The position numbers and the translations under genes are program-made. Positions 15,079 to 20,450 of a stretch of 20,450 nt of DNA are shown here, piece after piece (position 1 is the first letter of the stretch; every line of letters begins with the position of its first letter). The DNA lies in assembly GCA_040752415.1 (NCBI GenBank), contig JBFMGU010000193.1, forward strand, positions 1-20,450, written 5' to 3'. The notes beneath the pieces were generated by a model. It was not told the origin of the DNA, searched no databases, and saw only the letters and a list, made by a program, of their open reading frames with translations. This DNA is from Myxococcota bacterium (lineage in GTDB: Bacteria > Myxococcota > JACRCW01).

Positions 15079-15795
15079 TCACCACGCCAGCCCGCCCAGG
15101 AAGCGCGCCTGGGTCAGCAGCGCGTCGGCGTCCAGGGGCTTGGTGAGGAACAGCGCCGCGCCCGCGCGCATCATGCGGTCTTCCTTCTCGGCGTCGGTGT
15201 GGTCGGAGAAAGCGAACAGCGGCACGTTGCGGCTCCGCGCCCAGGCCAGCAGCTCCTCGCCGCCGGGGACGGAGGAATCCATCAGCACCAGCGTGGGAAG
15301 GAAGCCTCCCTCGACGACGCCGCGCGCCTTCTGCAGGGAGTCCACCAGGTTCACCTCACAGCCGCTGAGCTGCAGGGTGCGCTTGACGCGGTTGCGGTGC
15401 AGCGGATCCGGGTCCACGTACAGCACCTTGAGGCCCGCGCGGGAGGCCGCCGCCATGGCCACTTCCCGACGGAGCTCGTCCAGTCTCAGCGGCTTCTCGA
15501 TGAAACGCGCAGCCCCCGCGTCCAGCGCACGCGCTCCCACCTCCGACTCCTGCAGCGCGCTGATGACAATCACCGGGATCTGCGGCGCCTGCGCTTTCAC
15601 CGCGCGCACCAGCTCCAGCCCGTTGATGTCCGGGAGCATGACGTCCGTGATGAGGAGGTCGAACTCCCGCGCCAGGCTCTGGTTGATGGCGGTGGCGCCC
15701 CGCTGCGCGGTGACGACGTCATGCCCGTCCCTCCGCAGTGCAATCTCGCACAGGCGCAGGATGTCTGGGTCGTCATCCACCAGGAGGATCAGCAC
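15079..15795 (-). CDS. Response regulator with two tandem receiver domains and no output domain
   Basis: REC1: ILLVDDD...LLITDVMLPDINGLEL...VISA...IEKP. REC2: VLYVDPD...VLMDSSVP...AFSD...LTKP. GTG 15795 is preceded by AAGG. Confidence 0.9.
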   Translation of the reverse strand: MLILLVDDDPDILRLCEIALRRDGHDVVTAQRGATAINQSLAREFDLLITDVMLPDINGLELVRAVKAQAPQIPVIVISALQESEVGARALDAGAARFIEKPLRLDELRREVAMAAASRAGLKVLYVDPDPLHRNRVKRTLQLSGCEVNLVDSLQKARGVVEGGFLPTLVLMDSSVPGGEELLAWARSRNVPLFAFSDHTDAEKEDRMMRAGAALFLTKPLDADALLTQARFLGGLAW

Positions 15796-15947
15796 GGAGC
15801 ACAACCTTGGAGCACGCAGCCTGCGCGCAGATAACATTGCTCGCATGTTGGCGCAGCCGTCTCAAGTTTGTGACGCGGGCCGCCCTGGGGCGCATCCGGG
15901 TTGGCGTGAAAATGCGCGTCAGCTCCGCGGCTGCTAGGAACCCCGAC

Positions 15948-16565
15948 GTGACCCGCCTGCCCGGACTCGCGCTGCTGTGCACGCTCGTGCTCCAGACGAC
16001 GCCCGTCGCCAACGGCGTGCCCACGCTCTCCGTGGCGCAGCAGCAGCGGCTGGAGCACGGCGAGGTCCTGGTCACCTCCGAGGTGGGGAACGGCAAGGGT
16101 GGTCGACGGGGCTGGACCCAGGCACTGGGGATCATCAACGCGCCGCCCGCCACCGCGTGGGCCGTGGTCCAGGACTACGACACCTTCGTCCGTCTCACGC
16201 CGCGCCTGGCGGACTACCGGGTGATGGAGCGCACCGCCGAGCGCATCCGGGTGACGCAGGAGATCAAGGTCCTGTTCCACACCTACCGCTACACGTTGTG
16301 GCTGGACCTCGACGCGTCGGGTCGCCACCTGCGCTGGAAGCTGGATCCCACCCAACCCCACGACGTGCGCGACATCGACGGCAGCTGGCAGTTCCTGCCC
16401 TGGGACGGCAACCGGACGCTGATGGTCTACCGCATGGAGCTGGACAGCGGGGTGTGGGTGCCGCGGGTGGTGGAGGAGTACCTGACCGGCCGTGACCTCC
16501 CCACGCTGCTTGGCAACATGCGACGACAAACCGAGAAGGTGCACCGCGGATCCGGCCCGCGCTGA
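15948..16565 (+). CDS. SRPBCC (START/polyketide cyclase-like) family protein with probable signal peptide
   Basis: IINAPPATAWAVVQDYDTFVRLTP...IDGSWQF.P...TLMVYRMELD...VP; hydrophobic N-terminus. Start uncertain (GTG 15948 or ATG 15912). Confidence 0.85.
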   Translation: MTRLPGLALLCTLVLQTTPVANGVPTLSVAQQQRLEHGEVLVTSEVGNGKGGRRGWTQALGIINAPPATAWAVVQDYDTFVRLTPRLADYRVMERTAERIRVTQEIKVLFHTYRYTLWLDLDASGRHLRWKLDPTQPHDVRDIDGSWQFLPWDGNRTLMVYRMELDSGVWVPRVVEEYLTGRDLPTLLGNMRRQTEKVHRGSGPR

Positions 16566-16608
16566 GGATGGCAGTGTCCTCGCAAACCGGGCTATGGTCC
16601 GCCGTTGA

Positions 16609-19149
16609 ATGGCCACCACCAAGCTGACCCGCTCCGGCACCAGCCCCGCGCAACCTGCCCCGGCGCGCACGCCCTCGCCTGCTCCCGCGCGGCCCTCGGC
16701 GACGACTCCCGAGTCCCCGTCGGGGAACGCGCCCCTGGCCGACGGACACGGCCCCTCCAGCGGCGCCGCCGCGGATCACGCCCGTCGGATCTCGGGGGAA
16801 TTTGTCGACGGAAAGGCGGCCCCCGCCGCGTCGGGAACCGTCTCCGCGCTGAACCTGCGGGTCCGCACCGCGCGCCTGGAGAACGCGGGCGGCGCCACGC
16901 TCGACGAGGCCACCAGCGGCGCCAAGGGCGTGCATGATTCCCTGGCGGGCACGGCCATGCTCATCAGCGCGCCGTCGGCGGTGGGAACGCCGGAAGTCGT
17001 GGACAACCCCGGAGTGAGCGCCAGCGTGCACTCCCACGGCGGCTCCACCACCCTCAACGGTCCGGTGACCCACCGCAACGGAGAGCCTTCCGTCGACAGC
17101 GTTTCCGTCGACGTCTCCCGCGCGGGTGGAACCGCCACGGTCTCCCGCACCACCAACGGGCACGCCACCAGCACGTCGTTCTACGTCGACAAGAGCTACG
17201 TCGACATCTCGCTGGCGAAGACGTGGGGTACGCCGGAAGGTGCGCGTCGTGCGGGTGGCTCCCTGGGCCTCACCCGCGACTCCGTCTACGTGGGCATGAG
17301 CGGCGCAGCGACGACGTTGGGCGGTCATACCGGTCGTGCCAGCGTGCTGGGATCCGCCAGCGCCGACCGCGCCGCCGTCGACCTCGGGCCGTACGAGGGC
17401 CCGGACCCGCGGCTGAAGGGCACGCGCCACGTCGAGGTTCGCAAGTCGCTGGGCGGCGGGCTCGCGGGCGCGCTGGGGGTGGCCAACGCCGTTATCGGCA
17501 TCGGTGGTCGCCTCGCCGTCGACAAGTCCACCTCCGTCTCCTACCGCACGCACCTGGCCACGCCCCAGGCCCGGGAGGTCCTCCTCGAGGGTGGCGGTGT
17601 GGTGGGCTTCCTGCGCAACAAGGCGCGCGCGCTGGGCCTGGTGAAGGATCCCGTCAGCATCCCGGACCTCTCCTCCCCGCAATCCCTCAAGCCCGGCGAC
17701 GTGCTCACCGTCCGCACCAGTGGCAGCGTGGTGGCCGGCGCCGCCGTGGGAGTGGGCGCGCTCACCGCCGGTGTCGACGTGGAGATGCGCGGCGACTTCG
17801 AGCTCAGCGTGCAGAAGCTCGACGACAACAAGGTCGAGCTGGCGCTGGTCCCGGTGAACCTGCGGGGCGTCCAGGTCTTCGCCGACACGCCCTACCTGCT
17901 GGACATCGGCCATTCGCGCACACGCGGTGAGGGGCTGCGTCAGTCCTTCGTGTTCGATCTCTCCAATCCCGCCGCTGCGGCGGCTTACCAGCGCGCGCTC
18001 AAGGGTGAGCTTCCCAACGGCATGAAGGCCAACGCCGCGCCGCGTGACGACGGGGATCTTGCCGCGCTGGTGCGCAACGAGAAGCTGCCCACCGGCGTCA
18101 CCCGCACCATGCTGGAGCGTGCGGAGGTTCGCGCGTCGGCGACGGGGGCGGGGCTCAACTGGGGCCTCATCCAGTTCGGCTCCTCCATTGCGGGACTGGG
18201 CTTCAAGAACACGCGCACCGAGGGGCACAGCGTCATCACCGACGGCGGCGCTTCGGTGGCCACGGAAACGCGTGGCGTCGAGCGCAAGCGCGAGGTGCTG
18301 CTGAGCGGAACGGAGACCCACGGCATCACCGCCAGCAGCCGCACCGTCACCGTCTACGACGACGAGGGACGGCCCACGCGTGAGTTCGCCGGTCTCAAGC
18401 TCACCGCGCGCTTCTCTGACGACCGCGTCCGCGGCCACGAGCTCAACGACGAGGTGGTGGACCGCATCAACGACGCCTTCGGGACCCATGTGGCGCACTT
18501 CGAACGCAAGGGTCGCAACCAGGGCCGGGAGGTCTCACTGGACCGCGTCCTCGACGTGAGCCACCTGGAGACGCTCGCGCGCGTGAACCTCAACACCGCC
18601 AGCAACGCGGCGCGTGACGCCGGCGCCAAGGAGAAGCCGCTGCATGAGCTGCTCGCCCTGCTGCGCCAGACCCGCGACCCCGAGGCGCGCGCGACGAGCG
18701 TGAAGGACTACGTGGCGGACCAGGGTCTGGCCGGTTTTGGCGCGCTGCACCGGCTGCTCGGCGGGGAGATCAACATCGACTCGTCCAGCACGGCGTACAC
18801 GCGGCCCGGCGAGAAGGCGCGCACGTTGTCCTTCAAGTACGAGAACGCGGTCTCTCCCGAGGACACCGCGGACAGCTTCACGGAGCGCTTCACCCAGGTA
18901 CGCAAGGCCCTCGCTGACCTTTCGGAAGCGCGCCTGGACCTTCGTGACGATGTGTTCCTCACCCCCGAGGAGAAGGCCGCCCTGGACAAGGATCTCACCC
19001 ATGCGCGCGCCACGCTGGAGCGCCTGGTGTCCGTGGCCCATCTCTCGCCCGCGGTGCGCCGGCGCTTCCACGACGACCTGGACCGCGGCTGGACCAGTTC
19101 CGACGAGCAGGCGCTGATGGCCCACCTCTCCGCGGCGGGGCTGGGCTGA
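16609..19149 (+). CDS. Hypothetical protein, 846 aa: Pro/Ala-rich N-terminus, Gly/Ser/Thr-rich beta region, helical C-terminus
   Basis: Long ORF with G/C-ending codons that fits exactly between its neighbours; no signal peptide, no Cys, no motif recognised. Confidence 0.85.
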   Translation: MATTKLTRSGTSPAQPAPARTPSPAPARPSATTPESPSGNAPLADGHGPSSGAAADHARRISGEFVDGKAAPAASGTVSALNLRVRTARLENAGGATLDEATSGAKGVHDSLAGTAMLISAPSAVGTPEVVDNPGVSASVHSHGGSTTLNGPVTHRNGEPSVDSVSVDVSRAGGTATVSRTTNGHATSTSFYVDKSYVDISLAKTWGTPEGARRAGGSLGLTRDSVYVGMSGAATTLGGHTGRASVLGSASADRAAVDLGPYEGPDPRLKGTRHVEVRKSLGGGLAGALGVANAVIGIGGRLAVDKSTSVSYRTHLATPQAREVLLEGGGVVGFLRNKARALGLVKDPVSIPDLSSPQSLKPGDVLTVRTSGSVVAGAAVGVGALTAGVDVEMRGDFELSVQKLDDNKVELALVPVNLRGVQVFADTPYLLDIGHSRTRGEGLRQSFVFDLSNPAAAAAYQRALKGELPNGMKANAAPRDDGDLAALVRNEKLPTGVTRTMLERAEVRASATGAGLNWGLIQFGSSIAGLGFKNTRTEGHSVITDGGASVATETRGVERKREVLLSGTETHGITASSRTVTVYDDEGRPTREFAGLKLTARFSDDRVRGHELNDEVVDRINDAFGTHVAHFERKGRNQGREVSLDRVLDVSHLETLARVNLNTASNAARDAGAKEKPLHELLALLRQTRDPEARATSVKDYVADQGLAGFGALHRLLGGEINIDSSSTAYTRPGEKARTLSFKYENAVSPEDTADSFTERFTQVRKALADLSEARLDLRDDVFLTPEEKAALDKDLTHARATLERLVSVAHLSPAVRRRFHDDLDRGWTSSDEQALMAHLSAAGLG

Positions 19150-19152
19150 CGG

Positions 19153-19458
19153 ATGGCACCCGCAATGGACCCGCTGGCCCAGGCGTTCCAACGCTTCGCC
19201 GCCGCGCTGGAGGCGCAGGATGTGGCGGCCTATCACGCCATGTCCGTCGAGGACGCGGCGCCGCAGGACGAGCTGTTCCTGCGCAACGCACGGCGCCTGA
19301 AGGACAAGGGCTTGAGCTTGAGGCTGCGTCGGGCGGTGCAGGAGGAGGACGCGGCGGAAGTGGCGTTTGACGTCGTGGATGCGGATGGAAAAGCGGTGGA
19401 CTCCGGGAAGGTGACCTTCACCCGGGAGTCCGACGGATGGCGTATCCGCACCCTGTGA
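19153..19458 (+). CDS. Small hypothetical protein, NTF2/SnoaL-like pattern
   Basis: Starts 3 nt after the upstream stop; helix FQRFAAALEAQDVAAY followed by beta strands ending VTFTRESDGWRI. Confidence 0.75.
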   Translation: MAPAMDPLAQAFQRFAAALEAQDVAAYHAMSVEDAAPQDELFLRNARRLKDKGLSLRLRRAVQEEDAAEVAFDVVDADGKAVDSGKVTFTRESDGWRIRTL

Positions 19459-19530
19459 CGACGTGGGAAGCGTGCCCACATTGAAAGGGCCCCGGGTTTG
19501 GCGGGATGGTGGTGGAGCACGGAGGTCGTC

Positions 19531-20355
19531 GTGGACCGCTTCACTTGGAGCTTCGCAAGCTTCGCCGACGCGCGAGAAGCGGTGAACACGCATCTCAAGC
19601 ACGGTGGCTTGTTCGCGTCGTTGAAGGAGACCCTGGCGCTGCGCGCGCCGGTGCAGGTGGACGTGCTGCTGCCCGGAGGCGCCTCGTTCAGCTTCAAGGG
19701 TGAGGCCGTCCACTCCGACGGGGAGAACGTCACCGTCGTGCTGGATGGAACCCAGGGCGCCGCGCTTACTGCGTTGAACGAAGCGCTCGCCGCAGGGCCA
19801 CAGGACGCGCCCACCACCCCGCCCGCGCTCACGCGCTACGTGGAGCCCGCGCCCGTCGTCACGGAGGCGGAAGACGAAGAGGCCGACGACGCCAAGCCCA
19901 CCATCGCCGAGCGTCCCCTGCGTCAGCGCCTGCGCGTCACCGAGAAGGTCACCGACGACCAGAGCGCCTGGGGCCGGATCAAGGAGATGCGTCCCGAGGA
20001 GAAGGTGCTGGCCGCGCTGAAGGGTGACCGCACCATGCGCTTCCACCTGCTGAAGGACCCCAACAAGAACCTGCACATCCAGGTGCTGCGCAATCCCGGC
20101 ATCATGATGGAAGAGGTGGAGCAGGCGGCCAAGATGCCCACGTTGAGCGTGGAGGCGCTGAAATACATTGCGCAGAACAAGGAGTGGATGCGTCACAGCT
20201 CCGTCGTGGTGGCGTTGGTGCGCAACCCGCAGACTCCCGTCCCCATGGCCACCGAGCTGTGCGGCAAGCTCCGCCCCGACGAGCTCCGCGCCATTGCGAA
20301 GAGCAGTTCGGTCCGCAGCGCTGTTGCCGCCGCCGCGCGCAAGCACCTGCTCTAA
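19531..20355 (+). CDS. Hypothetical protein: PilZ-like N-domain fused to a helical-repeat C-domain
   Basis: GGAGG 5 nt before GTG 19531; HLKHGGLF...VQVDVLLPGG.SFSFKGEAVH (PilZ-like barrel); acidic linker; EKVLAALKGD...VLRNP...EW...ALVRNPQTP helical repeats. Confidence 0.82.
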   Translation: MDRFTWSFASFADAREAVNTHLKHGGLFASLKETLALRAPVQVDVLLPGGASFSFKGEAVHSDGENVTVVLDGTQGAALTALNEALAAGPQDAPTTPPALTRYVEPAPVVTEAEDEEADDAKPTIAERPLRQRLRVTEKVTDDQSAWGRIKEMRPEEKVLAALKGDRTMRFHLLKDPNKNLHIQVLRNPGIMMEEVEQAAKMPTLSVEALKYIAQNKEWMRHSSVVVALVRNPQTPVPMATELCGKLRPDELRAIAKSSSVRSAVAAAARKHLL

Positions 20356-20450
20356 CCACAACGGTTCCCGCTCAAGTTGACCCGCGGTGAACACAAACAA
20401 TGACGACGTGAACCATGTAGGGGCTGCCGAACCGCGCTGGCGGTGAAAGC

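Noticed and set aside
16264..20400. 744-aa and 621-aa minus-strand ORFs
   Set aside because: Shadows of the plus-strand genes, which tile the region without overlap and have G/C-ending codons.
2907..20410. TGACGACGTG at 2907, 19456 and 20401 as a shared operator
   Set aside because: Near-identical words also occur inside coding regions, one copy includes a stop codon, and a post-hoc 10-mer match is weak evidence.
20356..20450. GGGGCTGCCGAACCGCGCTGGCGGTGAAAGC as the start of tmRNA, SRP RNA or a riboswitch
   Set aside because: Only GGGGCTG and a short CCGC/GCGG stem are suggestive; the diagnostic downstream motifs are absent or beyond the window edge. An Rfam scan with more flank is needed.

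Overview
High-GC window whose gene content (PEGA protein, Cys-rich lipoproteins, TPR-zincin, PilZ-like protein) suggests a myxobacterium or relative; the taxonomy is inferred. In order it holds: a receiver domain with an uncertain or broken 5' end; a canonical quinol-dependent nitric oxide reductase (qNOR); a PEGA protein coupled to a Cys-rich lipoprotein; a TPR-zincin with a variant DExxH motif; a Ser-tethered lipoprotein with four 8-Cys/3-His repeats and a C-terminal type-1 copper (cupredoxin) domain, preceded by a cop-box-like palindrome and followed by a strong terminator; a lower-GC two-gene cassette (Ser-linker lipoprotein plus secreted fibre-like protein with a 7-blade propeller head); a TonB-dependent receptor with an extra N-terminal domain; a BON protein; gluconokinase; a tandem REC-REC regulator; an SRPBCC protein; an 846-aa orphan with a small downstream partner; and a PilZ-like fusion protein. 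No rRNA, tRNA, CRISPR array or transposase was seen. The best novelty candidates are the putative copper-binding repeat/cupredoxin lipoprotein and the anchor-plus-fibre cassette. All family calls come from reading motifs by eye; no searches were run.
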